A DNA stretch of 41,551 bases from Patescibacteria group bacterium (GTDB lineage: Bacteria; Patescibacteriota; Minisyncoccia; Phycocordibacterales; UBA9973). Position 1 is the stretch's first letter. Each line of letters begins with the position of its first letter. The position numbers and the translations under genes were made by a program. Shown one piece after another: positions 8,367 through 17,467 of the stretch. The notes beneath the pieces were generated by a model, which was not told where the DNA came from, ran no database searches, and saw nothing but the letters and a program-made list of their open reading frames with translations. The stretch spans positions 1 through 41,551 of the forward strand of contig JAZKAB010000001.1 in assembly GCA_040389365.1 (NCBI GenBank), written 5' to 3'.

Positions 8367-11300
8367 ATGTTCAAAAAAACTATTCTAATACCGTTTATAC
8401 TCTTATATATTTTATTCGTAGCGACTACAGCCAGTGCGGCAGTTTTATATCAAAACAATTTTGATAGCGATACTACGGGTGTTATTCCAGCAGATTGGGT
8501 TTCAACTGGCGGCACCTACACTGTTGAGGCGACAGGGAATGCAATTTCTACGCCGAATGCATTCGGCTCAACTGCTGGTAATTGGAATGACGGTAATCTG
8601 CTTATTTACACAGGAGCATCAGCAGCTGATACTATTGAACAATATACTCAAAAGTCCCAGATTAGCGGGGGCGTTGCGTTTGGGTCAGTGCTTAGAAGCA
8701 GTGCAGATGGTTCGACTCAATATGTAATTTTATACTACTCAAACGTAGCTCATTTTTATAAAAAAGTAAGCCCTGGCGGTTATCAGGGTATCGGGACACT
8801 GCCTACGCCTACTATTAATCCCGGTGACATAGTTACAGTAAAAGCTGCGGCGATTGGGAACCTCATTGAATTTAAGATGTGGGTTGCACCTGACTCAGAG
8901 CCTGTTAGTTGGACAGGAAGTGTTAGTGATAGCTCTATTTCATCTTCAGGATATGCCGGGTTTTATATGACAGTAGGTGGAGTAAATGCATATGTTGATG
9001 ACTTTTCTGTTAGTAGCGTGTCAAATGCAACGACCTATACCGTACAGGGACCTACTACTACTCCTGCCGGCCAAGCATCTACTAACTTTGTTGTTGAACC
9101 TGACGGTGCCTATACAGGTACAATTACTCCTTCAGACAATGGTGCCGGTGGAAGTTTCTCTCCTACTTCATTGACTTTTAGCGGGTCGGCTGTTCCTCAA
9201 TCTTTTACTTATACCCCAGCAAGTACAGGCATTAAAACCATTAGTACAACAAGTAGCCCTGGTCTGACAAATCCTGCGTCAGTAAGCGTGGTAGTTACGG
9301 CACCGATCTGGTCGCAGGCATTCACTGATACTTTTAACCGCGCTGATGGAGCAATTGGAAATAATTGGTCGCTCGGTACAGGAACTAGTTCAATTTCAGG
9401 AAATAAATTGGATGTTCCAACATCTTCGTATGTAGACGGTGTAGCCCAACGTCCTCTTAATGAAATTACAACAGTAAACCAGCGTGCTGCAGCAACTTAT
9501 CTTACCGGATCAACAGGAACCTTATGGATGACGCTTAGAACTCAAACAGGCGGAACAGAGTATTTAGTCGGTATAAATTCTGGTCAAATTCAGTTTTGGC
9601 TTTCTGATGCAGGGGCCTTGGTGGGAAGTAGCCAGGTATTTACAATTCCAAACTACAATTCAGCGCATAGCTATAGGCTTGATATAAGTGCTACGGGAAC
9701 ACTTCCTACTACATTGGCTGCAACAGTTCAAGATATCGATACAGGCATAACGGTTCTAAGTTCGTCAGTAACTGACTCCACTGCAAGCTTGCAGCAAGGC
9801 GGGAGAGTTGGATTTTTTGCGGCAAACGGGTCAGTATCATTAGATGATTTTACTGACTATAACTATGTTGAAGCAGTTCCTGCTACGAGTTATGCACTTG
9901 CCGGACCAACTACTGCTTTCGTAAATGAAGCAACTTCAAGTTTTACAGTAACACCTGACGGTACCTATACTGGCACCATAACTCCTTCAGACAATGGCGC
10001 TGGAGGAAGTTTTTCACCAACCTCATTAACATTTTCAAATTCATCTGATAGCCAGACTTTTACTTATACGCCAACAAGTTTTGGAAGTAAGACTATTACT
10101 ACAGTAAGCAGTCCTGCTCTAACAAATCCATCGTCTCTGCATGTTAACGTTCTGACTACGTATCCTATCAATGATTCGCATTTGTATTGGAGCAAAGATA
10201 CTGTATACGTAAACGGGACAGCCTTTGCTTCAATGGTTGTTCCTGGTGCATATTTAAAGACGAATTTTACCGGAACATCAATTAAGCTTCTGCTTGATCT
10301 TTCAGCGTTTGTTTCTGCCTCAATTGGTTCTGGCGATTATCCAATTGTACGGTATCAAGTTGATGGAGGATCTTGGACAGAGACGCAGCTAACCTCCTCA
10401 ACCGCTTTTGTAAATATTACAGGACTTTCAAATGCGACACATGCTTTGCGTTTTGAATATGTTTCAAATACTCAATATACAGACAACTGGACTACTCCTG
10501 TCAATGCGTTAAAAATTACTAGAGTTATTGTTGACGATGGTGCTACATTGCAAATGCCGACAATACTTAATAAGTCACTTCGCGTAGACGGTGATTCAAT
10601 AACACAGGGTATATTATCTTTTTCATCTTCTGGTACGGCAGCAGGCGGCAGAAACTATCTCGACTATGCATACTTGCTGGCTCAGTCATTGGATGCCGAA
10701 CTTAGTCAGGTTGGGTATGGCCTGCAAGGCATGCTTGGAGGAGGGAATGGGAATGTCCCTTCATATCCAAATGCTGCTGGTTTTTATTATAACGGAGTAT
10801 CTAGGCTTAGCGGAGGCACATTGCCTCAGCCGCCTGACTATTGGATTGTAAACCAGGGCACTAATGATAGCGGCGATATTACTGCCGCATATACATCGCG
10901 CATCGTTCAGATGAGAGCAGAAGCCGGTTCTACTACCCAGCTATATCTTCTTGTGCCATTCAACCAATCACACAAAGCACAGATAACAGCCGCATATAAT
11001 GCATATATTGCAGCTCACCCACTCGATAATAGGGTGCACCTTCTCGATCTTGGCGCTATTAGCTACTCTACAACAGATGGTCTGCACCCAAATGCTGCAG
11101 GACATCAAACACTCGCAACTGCACTATTAACGGCATTCAATGCGACACTTCCGGTTGCTATTAGTGCAGTATCAGCAGCACCCTCAGAGACTAATGCTGC
11201 AATATCCTGGACAACTGATATGGCTGCTAACAGCCAAGTTGAATACGGCACTACTTCCATATATGGATCTACGACTACGCTAGATACGAACCCCGTTACT

Positions 11301-11843
11301 TCCCATACCGTTAATTTGGCTGGGCTTACGGCGGGCACTACATACCACTACCGAGTATTATCTGCAGCCGGAGTAAATAATGCTAGTACTTCGAGTGATT
11401 ACACTTTTACTACTACTGCAGCTCCTGTAGTTAGTATTCCAACGGTAACCCCTCCAAGTCAGTCAGGATATGTTTCAGGAGGCGGTGGCTCAGGTATGCC
11501 AGCACCGCAAACTCCGCTACCTTCATGTATGAATAATGAAGTATTTAGCAGCGCAACAGGACAGCGTTGTTCAAGCTCAATGCCTCATACTGCTATATCC
11601 ACACTATTTACAATGAATCTTCAATTTGGTTCGAAAAACATCCAAGTTAAGCAATTGCAGCAATATCTTAATAGCAAAGGCTATATAGTATCGCTTATTG
11701 GGCCAGGATCAAAAGGAAATGAAACTACGCAATTTGGTACGGCAACAAAAGCTCAATTAATAAAATTTCAAAAAGATCACGGGATAAAACCAGCATCAGG
11801 ATATTTTGGTCCTATTACTAGGGCTTATATAGCAACCCATTAA
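8367..11843 (+). CDS. Large secreted/surface protein: two beta-sandwich plus Ig-like repeat units, SGNH/GDSL esterase, FN3, C-terminal peptidoglycan-binding domain
   Basis: Signal peptide from ATG 8367; SGNH blocks DGDSITQG, NQGTND, DGLHP; FN3-like AAISWTTD…GLTAGTTYHYRV; PGBD-like VKQLQQYLN…FGTATKAQLIKFQ…GYFGPITR. Confidence 0.8.
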   Translation: MFKKTILIPFILLYILFVATTASAAVLYQNNFDSDTTGVIPADWVSTGGTYTVEATGNAISTPNAFGSTAGNWNDGNLLIYTGASAADTIEQYTQKSQISGGVAFGSVLRSSADGSTQYVILYYSNVAHFYKKVSPGGYQGIGTLPTPTINPGDIVTVKAAAIGNLIEFKMWVAPDSEPVSWTGSVSDSSISSSGYAGFYMTVGGVNAYVDDFSVSSVSNATTYTVQGPTTTPAGQASTNFVVEPDGAYTGTITPSDNGAGGSFSPTSLTFSGSAVPQSFTYTPASTGIKTISTTSSPGLTNPASVSVVVTAPIWSQAFTDTFNRADGAIGNNWSLGTGTSSISGNKLDVPTSSYVDGVAQRPLNEITTVNQRAAATYLTGSTGTLWMTLRTQTGGTEYLVGINSGQIQFWLSDAGALVGSSQVFTIPNYNSAHSYRLDISATGTLPTTLAATVQDIDTGITVLSSSVTDSTASLQQGGRVGFFAANGSVSLDDFTDYNYVEAVPATSYALAGPTTAFVNEATSSFTVTPDGTYTGTITPSDNGAGGSFSPTSLTFSNSSDSQTFTYTPTSFGSKTITTVSSPALTNPSSLHVNVLTTYPINDSHLYWSKDTVYVNGTAFASMVVPGAYLKTNFTGTSIKLLLDLSAFVSASIGSGDYPIVRYQVDGGSWTETQLTSSTAFVNITGLSNATHALRFEYVSNTQYTDNWTTPVNALKITRVIVDDGATLQMPTILNKSLRVDGDSITQGILSFSSSGTAAGGRNYLDYAYLLAQSLDAELSQVGYGLQGMLGGGNGNVPSYPNAAGFYYNGVSRLSGGTLPQPPDYWIVNQGTNDSGDITAAYTSRIVQMRAEAGSTTQLYLLVPFNQSHKAQITAAYNAYIAAHPLDNRVHLLDLGAISYSTTDGLHPNAAGHQTLATALLTAFNATLPVAISAVSAAPSETNAAISWTTDMAANSQVEYGTTSIYGSTTTLDTNPVTSHTVNLAGLTAGTTYHYRVLSAAGVNNASTSSDYTFTTTAAPVVSIPTVTPPSQSGYVSGGGGSGMPAPQTPLPSCMNNEVFSSATGQRCSSSMPHTAISTLFTMNLQFGSKNIQVKQLQQYLNSKGYIVSLIGPGSKGNETTQFGTATKAQLIKFQKDHGIKPASGYFGPITRAYIATH
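9036..10145 (+). repeat. Intragenic duplicated ~85-aa module (about 9036-9290 and 9891-10145)
   Basis: PDG(A/T)YTGTITPSDNGAGGSFSPTSLTFS…FTYTP…LTNP occurs twice with synonymous divergence. Confidence 0.85.
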
Positions 11844-11862
11844 AGGTTGGCGTGTGGATATT

Positions 11863-11893
11863 TGTTCGAACATCTTCCAGTACGCGGCACAAA
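11863..11893 (+). repeat. 31-bp direct repeat, copy B
   Basis: TGTTCGAACATCTTCCAGTACGCGGCACAAA, starting 20 bp after the stop of the large gene. Confidence 0.85.
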
Positions 11894-12058
11894 TGAATAT
11901 TTCTCCATCAATCATGTTAAAAGTGGCTTGGCATTCAATTGGAAGTATTTCAGCAAATAACGCCGTTTTTCAAAATAATAAATTTAAATATTTTGAGGTG
12001 CGTCAATAAAAAAGCCCTCCACATACTATGTGAAGGACTTAGGGCGTGCAGTGCTTTT

Positions 12059-13114
12059 TTAATTCTGCACTACATCTTCTGTTGCATGGGCAACATGATT
12101 GTTGTTAACCGCTAGCGATAATGGTGTTTTTCCAAACTCCATTTCGATTTCCAGGCCATTGCCTTTGATCTTAAGCTTGCCTGTTGTTGCCCCGTTCATA
12201 GGAGCAACAATCGCCTTAATGGTTTCTGTAAGGGTCGCCATTGATTCAGAGGGCAGTTGAGCGGATGGAACTGGGGCGGCGGCTTCGGTTGTGGCAACTG
12301 CTGTTGTAGCAACTGCTGCGGTTTGTGCTACGGTATCGGCAACAAAACGAATGTCTTGGCCGCTAAAGTAGTTTCCTATGCGCGCATCGTTTCCGCATCC
12401 CTGCAAGAAGTAGATGAACTGGTCAGTACCGTCAACTCTTACTTGTCCTTGGTATGCGTCAAAGTTGTTGAAGGTTCTGCGCTGAGGTTTGGTCTCGCCG
12501 CGATAGTACACTTCTACGTTTGTTCCGGACAATGTTCCCTTGGTGATGTTGGTAACATCCAGGTTTGGCCGGTTAAAGGTACGGGCTGCAACTTCGCGGG
12601 CATACGCAGGAGCTTCTGCATCAGTAACACCCCCTTCTTTCATGGGAAATCCAGAATAGATTGGGTCTTTTGACGCTTCGCGCTTGCGATAGCTCACTGC
12701 GGCATACACGGCCATTGCTATAAGCAACAGCGCTGCTACAATCCATCCCCACGGCGTTTCGCTTGAAACAGCGGGAATAGTGATAGCATCTTTGCCTTCT
12801 ACATTTACCGGGCTTGTTGGAGCAGCAACCTTCCCGTTGATCTTTTCGCTGGCCAAAACGGCAGCAGCGATCTTTCTGCCGGTATCGCCGTCCTTAACGG
12901 TAATAATGGTATCGGATCCGTTGGAAAAGTGCAGATAGAATTTTTGCCCAGGCTGGATGTGATCCAGATTGGTAATGCCTGATTTTGCTAGGTTAAGGGG
13001 GCCGCTCGCTCTCATTATCCTTGTGATCTCACGGTCTAATGAATCGATAGCTGGGGCACTGAATGCCAAAGTGATTGCGCATACAAGCGCGAAGGAAAGG
13101 GTTAGCTTTTTCAT
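12059..13114 (-). CDS. Hypothetical single-pass membrane protein with a possible LysM-like segment
   Basis: Signal peptide, SGITNLDHIQPGQK (resembles the second half of LysM), TM helix PWGWIVAALLLIAMAVYAAV, Ala/Thr-rich linker. Confidence 0.65.
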   Translation of the reverse strand: MKKLTLSFALVCAITLAFSAPAIDSLDREITRIMRASGPLNLAKSGITNLDHIQPGQKFYLHFSNGSDTIITVKDGDTGRKIAAAVLASEKINGKVAAPTSPVNVEGKDAITIPAVSSETPWGWIVAALLLIAMAVYAAVSYRKREASKDPIYSGFPMKEGGVTDAEAPAYAREVAARTFNRPNLDVTNITKGTLSGTNVEVYYRGETKPQRRTFNNFDAYQGQVRVDGTDQFIYFLQGCGNDARIGNYFSGQDIRFVADTVAQTAAVATTAVATTEAAAPVPSAQLPSESMATLTETIKAIVAPMNGATTGKLKIKGNGLEIEMEFGKTPLSLAVNNNHVAHATEDVVQN

Positions 13115-13141
13115 GTTTATTTAATTTTTAAATTTGATCAT

Positions 13142-13170
13142 ATATTAGCACATTTTGTATAAAAAGTCAA
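13142..13170 (-). promoter_or_regulatory. Sigma70-type promoter for 12059-13114
   Basis: TTGACT-17 bp-TAATAT with TG extension. Confidence 0.6.
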
Positions 13171-13243
13171 TAGCAAAGATTATGTCCTATAGCGATTAAA
13201 TAAAAAAGAACCCTTGATGTTATCTCAGGTTCTTGTCGCTTCT

Positions 13244-13852
13244 TTAGTTAATGCCGTGATATACAGCCAGTCCGATTGCCGTAACGACTATCAGTACCCG
13301 CCATATTGCCTCAGATAGCTTTGTCTTATCAAGATGCTCATAATCAATGCGGTATTCTAGGTTCACCACATGCTTGCCAAACCAGTTGCCGAGCTTCGGT
13401 ATAGTGTTTGGCTTGCCATCGCTTATCAGGTGCCAGAATGGCCAGGACAGCGTCTGATCAGTGCGCCTGAACGCGTCATCGCAATGCGTAGCCAGATCGA
13501 TTATCCAATGCGAGAGCAGGCCATAGCCGCAGCCGAGCAGCATCATGTGCAGCAGGTCAGGCGAGCGAATGAAATGCGAAGCAACGAGCAGCATGATCCA
13601 CGCAAGCGGGGAGTGGCTCATGTCTTTCAGGAGAAACCAGGCGGTTTGCTCAAAATTCGGATCGCCTTCCTTCGAAAAGTTTTTCCGATGACGGATCTTG
13701 TCTTCCAATAGCTGAAGGCTTGTCGGTATGTCAGGCGCTATTGCGCCTGCAATCGTTGCTCCGAGTATCAGCGCAAGATTCTGGCCTGAGTCATGGATGC
13801 CAACCAGCAATCCGATGGGAATGCCTGTGAGGAAATGAGACTGTGGTTTCAT
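13244..13852 (-). CDS. Membrane-bound metal-dependent hydrolase (YdjM-like)
   Basis: SH…APDI…SHS…SHWIIDLAT pattern with TM helices; start taken at ATG 13852; TTGACA-17-TATTTT upstream. Confidence 0.7.
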   Translation of the reverse strand: MKPQSHFLTGIPIGLLVGIHDSGQNLALILGATIAGAIAPDIPTSLQLLEDKIRHRKNFSKEGDPNFEQTAWFLLKDMSHSPLAWIMLLVASHFIRSPDLLHMMLLGCGYGLLSHWIIDLATHCDDAFRRTDQTLSWPFWHLISDGKPNTIPKLGNWFGKHVVNLEYRIDYEHLDKTKLSEAIWRVLIVVTAIGLAVYHGIN

Positions 13853-13978
13853 TTTTTTATATTTTACGTTTTCTTTAAAATACAACTTATTTATTAAATT
13901 GTCAAATAATCTATCCGGGGCAGCTTATGGTTTGCTATACTTATCCTGCACCCATTTATTATTTTATATTTTATACTT

Positions 13979-14398
13979 ATGCTATTTATTTCGCCCTGGG
14001 CTATTGTTGCAATGATGATCTTCTCTGTAGTATTAGGCTTCGTATGGTACGGGCCGCTCTTCGGCAAGCAATGGGCACAGCTGTCAGGCCTAGTGATTCC
14101 TTCAGAAAAGCCAGCATTCAGCACAATGCTGAAGCCGATGCTGCTATCGTTTATCGGCGCAATTCTTTTGACTGCAGTATTGTCATTCGTGATCGTATTT
14201 CATAATGCGTTTTATTTGACTGTTGGACTAGCGCCAGCGCTGGCAATCGCATTCATGCTGTGGCTTGGGTTTATTGTTCCTATATACCTTAACCTGAGCG
14301 GCTGGGAAGGGAAGCCTTGGACGCTATTCTTCATCAATACCGGATACTGGCTCATATTCATGCTCGTTGCTGCAGCCATGATTACATGGATCGGATAA
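13979..14398 (+). CDS. DUF1761 family membrane protein
   Basis: LGFVWYGPLFGKQW and LFFINTGY motifs, four TM helices. Confidence 0.8.
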   Translation: MLFISPWAIVAMMIFSVVLGFVWYGPLFGKQWAQLSGLVIPSEKPAFSTMLKPMLLSFIGAILLTAVLSFVIVFHNAFYLTVGLAPALAIAFMLWLGFIVPIYLNLSGWEGKPWTLFFINTGYWLIFMLVAAAMITWIG

Positions 14399-14535
14399 GC
14401 AGTATTTCTTCAAGGGTATACTTTTATTGATTTATGAGTATACTGACCTGGCAAGACCCCCGGATCTCCTGATATGGGGGTTTTGTATTTTTATATATAA
14501 AACAAAAAAAAGAGCCCATTCGGGTTCTTTGCTAG

Positions 14536-14682
14536 CTAGGGATTAAACTTCTTTTTGTGCTGCAACGCCTTGTCATGCATTTTCTTGTTATGAGCGCTGA
14601 TATGAGCCTGTGCTGGCGCTTCTGCCTGTGCCGCACGACTCTTGTTGTAGTTATGCGTTGATTTTCTGTTCGAGTTTCCCAT
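14536..14682 (-). CDS. Small basic hypothetical protein (48 aa)
   Basis: MGNSNRKSTHNYNKS…HKKKFNP; followed by hairpin AAGAACCC/GGGCTCTT plus a T-run on the minus strand (~14506-14530). Confidence 0.55.
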   Translation of the reverse strand: MGNSNRKSTHNYNKSRAAQAEAPAQAHISAHNKKMHDKALQHKKKFNP

Positions 14683-14755
14683 GATTACATTTTTCTGAAC
14701 TATACCATTGCATTCTATATTTGCAATACAAGGCATTGTCCGATACTATGCTGGT

Positions 14756-15583
14756 ATGAAATCGCCCCAAAAGGATGAAAAGGTATACCTGTATGGCAAG
14801 CATGCATTGCGTGAAGCCTTGCTGGCAAAGCCGCAATCTGTGCAGAAGGTCTTTTTGGATGCGAATGCAGAAAGCGACAAGGAGCTGATGGAATTGCTGA
14901 CGAAGAACGGCATTGGCTTTTCTGCGATGAAGCAGGAAAACAAGTCGGTTGCGAATGATGCGGTGCATCAGGGCGTGATTGCCGTTATCAATACTGAAAA
15001 GCTGTATGGTTCAATGGAAGAGGCATTGAAGCTGTTTGATACGGTGACGAACCCCTGCTTCGTGCTGCTTGATGAATTGCATGACCCTCATAATGTTGGC
15101 GCTATCATTCGCTCTGCCGCGGCCTTTGGCGCGCATGCAGTACTGATGCCGGAGCACAACCAATCGCCAATTACTGGCACGGTTATCAAGACTTCTGCCG
15201 GCATGGTATTTCGTATTCCAATCATTCGCATCGGAAACGTAAACCAGACAGTGCGCCTGCTGAAAGAAAAGCGCATGTGGAGCTACGGGCTGGTGATGGA
15301 TGGCGATACGCCATTGAACAAGGCAGTATTCGATACCGCTACGCTGTTTATTGTCGGCAACGAGTCAACCGGCATTCGAGAGAAGACATTGGAGCTGTGC
15401 GATATTGGGCTTACCATACCAATGAGCCCTGAGTGCGAATCGCTCAATGCGTCAGTTGCAGCATCAGTGGTGCTGTATGAATGGAGCAGGGGAAGTAGCA
15501 GGGAAATAAAAAAAAGCGAAGTCGGAAGACTTCGCTTTTTGCATTCAATGCATGTAAATTTCAGGTTGTTCTTTAGCGCTTAG
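14756..15583 (+). CDS. rlmB: TrmH/SpoU family 23S rRNA 2'-O-methyltransferase (RlmB-like); C-terminal ~30 aa probably spurious
   Basis: YGKHALREAL, HQGVIA, DPHNVGAIIRSAAAFG, GNESTGIR, ESLNASVAA. Confidence 0.85.
   Translation: MKSPQKDEKVYLYGKHALREALLAKPQSVQKVFLDANAESDKELMELLTKNGIGFSAMKQENKSVANDAVHQGVIAVINTEKLYGSMEEALKLFDTVTNPCFVLLDELHDPHNVGAIIRSAAAFGAHAVLMPEHNQSPITGTVIKTSAGMVFRIPIIRIGNVNQTVRLLKEKRMWSYGLVMDGDTPLNKAVFDTATLFIVGNESTGIREKTLELCDIGLTIPMSPECESLNASVAASVVLYEWSRGSSREIKKSEVGRLRFLHSMHVNFRLFFSA
15511..15540. terminator. Bidirectional intrinsic terminator
   Basis: AAAAAGCGAAGTC-GGAA-GACTTCGCTTTTT. Confidence 0.8.
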
Positions 15584-15868
15584 CAAGCTGGCTCCAATAA
15601 CATATGCAATCGCATACAGCGCTACGTATGCTATCGCAATATCACCCTTTAGTTCAATCCGGTGGGGATATTCAATATGCAGGCAGTGATAAAGAATGCA
15701 ATAGCTCACGACACTCAGGATGATGCATAGCAGCATAAGTAATTTTAGCTGAATAACTTCGGTCAGAAACAGCGCTCCTATAGGACTTCGAAATGTTGAA
15801 ATAGTAGTCCAGATAAGAAGTGAGAAAAAGAGCAGGAAGGAAACAAGAATGCTTGGGTCAATTTTCAC
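15545..15868 (-). CDS. Hypothetical 3-TM membrane protein
   Basis: Hydrophobic 107-aa ORF ending at the terminator; TTGACA-16-TATAGT upstream (~15893-15920). Confidence 0.55.
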   Translation of the reverse strand: MKIDPSILVSFLLFFSLLIWTTISTFRSPIGALFLTEVIQLKLLMLLCIILSVVSYCILYHCLHIEYPHRIELKGDIAIAYVALYAIAYVIGASLLSAKEQPEIYMH

Positions 15869-15948
15869 AACGGTATGCTTAAGGTTTTCTTAACTATAGA
15901 ACTTTGCATCCTTTTGTCAATAAAGGCTTATTTTGCTATGATCCCTGT

Positions 15949-17403
15949 ATGGAAGATTCTAAAAAGGTGGTTACAAGATTCGCGCCCAGTCCGACTGGCT
16001 TTCAGCATATTGGGGGCATCCGCACGGCCCTGTTTGCATATCTCTGGGCCCGCAAGAATGACGGCACGTTTATCCTTCGCATTGAAGATACGGACAAGGC
16101 ACGCTCTGTCGAAGGCTCCATCGAGCATTTGCAGGAATCACTCTCATGGGTTGGCATTGACTGGGAGTATGGCCCAGACAAGCCAGGGCCATTCGGCTCT
16201 TGCATTCAGTCTGAGCGTCTCGATACCTATATTGAATGGGCGCAGAAGCTTGTTGAAAAAGGGCTAGCATATCCAGACCCGTATACCCCTGAGGAGGTTG
16301 AGGCTTTTCGACAGAAGGCGCAGGAAGAAAAGCGCGCATTTCTTTTCCGCGATCATCGTCCTGAAACGTTTGGCGCATGGGACGGCAAGACCGCATTGCG
16401 ATTCAAGGTATCTGAGCTTAAGCGCTACGAATGGCATGACGAGGCGCGCGGCGCGCTCAGTGCAGGACCGGAGGCGCTTGATGACTTTATCCTTATCAAG
16501 GCAGACGGCTATCCGACATACAACCTGGCGCATATTGTTGATGACTATAACATGGGCGTGACGCATATCTTTCGATCGGACGAATGGATCTCAAGCGTTC
16601 CTCGCTTCTTGAGCCTGTATGATGCGTTTGAAATTGAGCACCCGGTATTCGTAACGCTTCCTCCTATATTGCGAAGCGACCGCACGAAGAAGCTGGGCAA
16701 GCGCGACGGTGCCAAAGACGTGCTGGACTATAGAAAGGAGGGATACTTGCCCGAGGCAATGATCAACTATCTTGCGCTCGTTGGCTGGAATCCTGGAACG
16801 GATCAGGAAATCTTTTCCCTTCAGGAAATGATCGAGCAGTTTGCACCTGGCCGCATTCAGAAGAGCGGCGCGGTGGCGAATGAAGAAAAGCTGGACTGGA
16901 TTAACAGGGAGCATATTAAGCTATTGTCTTCAGAGGCATTTTGGCAGCATGCCTATCCTTTCATGCCGCCTTGGATTGATAAGGAAGCGCATGGCGCTGC
17001 ATTGCAGAAGATTGAGCGCTTGCTGCGCGACCGCATCGAGAAGTTTTCAGACATAGAGACGCTGTTTGCAGCGGGAGAATTCGACTATTTCTTCAATGAG
17101 CCTGCCGTTGATGCAGGGATGCTGGTATGGAAGACGCTGAAAAATGAAGCTGACGGCCTTGAAAAGACAAGGGGGTATTTGACGCACGCAGCTTCATTGC
17201 TTACAGAAGTTGCCGACAAAGACTGGAATATTGAAACCCTTAAGGAAATACTGATGCCCTATGCTGAACAGGAAGGAAAGGGAAACGTGCTTTGGCCGCT
17301 TCGCGTCTCTTTGTCAGGCAAGGAGAAGTCTCCTGACCCTTTTGAATTGATGAGCCTTCTTGGAAAAGAAGTGACAATGAAGCGCATTGCGCCGAATCAA
17401 TAA
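15949..17403 (+). CDS. gltX: Glutamate--tRNA ligase
   Basis: TRFAPSPTGFQHIGG, LRIEDTD, KLGKR (KMSKS-like), LWPLRVSLSG; start ATG 15949. Confidence 0.95.
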   Translation: MEDSKKVVTRFAPSPTGFQHIGGIRTALFAYLWARKNDGTFILRIEDTDKARSVEGSIEHLQESLSWVGIDWEYGPDKPGPFGSCIQSERLDTYIEWAQKLVEKGLAYPDPYTPEEVEAFRQKAQEEKRAFLFRDHRPETFGAWDGKTALRFKVSELKRYEWHDEARGALSAGPEALDDFILIKADGYPTYNLAHIVDDYNMGVTHIFRSDEWISSVPRFLSLYDAFEIEHPVFVTLPPILRSDRTKKLGKRDGAKDVLDYRKEGYLPEAMINYLALVGWNPGTDQEIFSLQEMIEQFAPGRIQKSGAVANEEKLDWINREHIKLLSSEAFWQHAYPFMPPWIDKEAHGAALQKIERLLRDRIEKFSDIETLFAAGEFDYFFNEPAVDAGMLVWKTLKNEADGLEKTRGYLTHAASLLTEVADKDWNIETLKEILMPYAEQEGKGNVLWPLRVSLSGKEKSPDPFELMSLLGKEVTMKRIAPNQ

Positions 17404-17467
17404 AAATTGATACAACCTTCATAACTTCTTAGGATTTTCTTGAGCAGCTGGTTGGTATATTCTTGGA

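Noticed and set aside
9036-10145. Template/variable repeat pair of a diversity-generating retroelement
   Set aside because: Both copies are in-frame coding modules with differences at all base types, and there is no reverse transcriptase in the window.
7763-11893. CRISPR array or classical integron attC array
   Set aside because: Only two or three repeat copies, kilobases apart; no regular spacers, cas or intI gene; the hairpins lack RYYYAAC/GTTRRRY ends.
16261-16300. GltX lacks zinc-binding cysteines (AYPDPYT)
   Set aside because: Zinc-free GluRS variants are well known.
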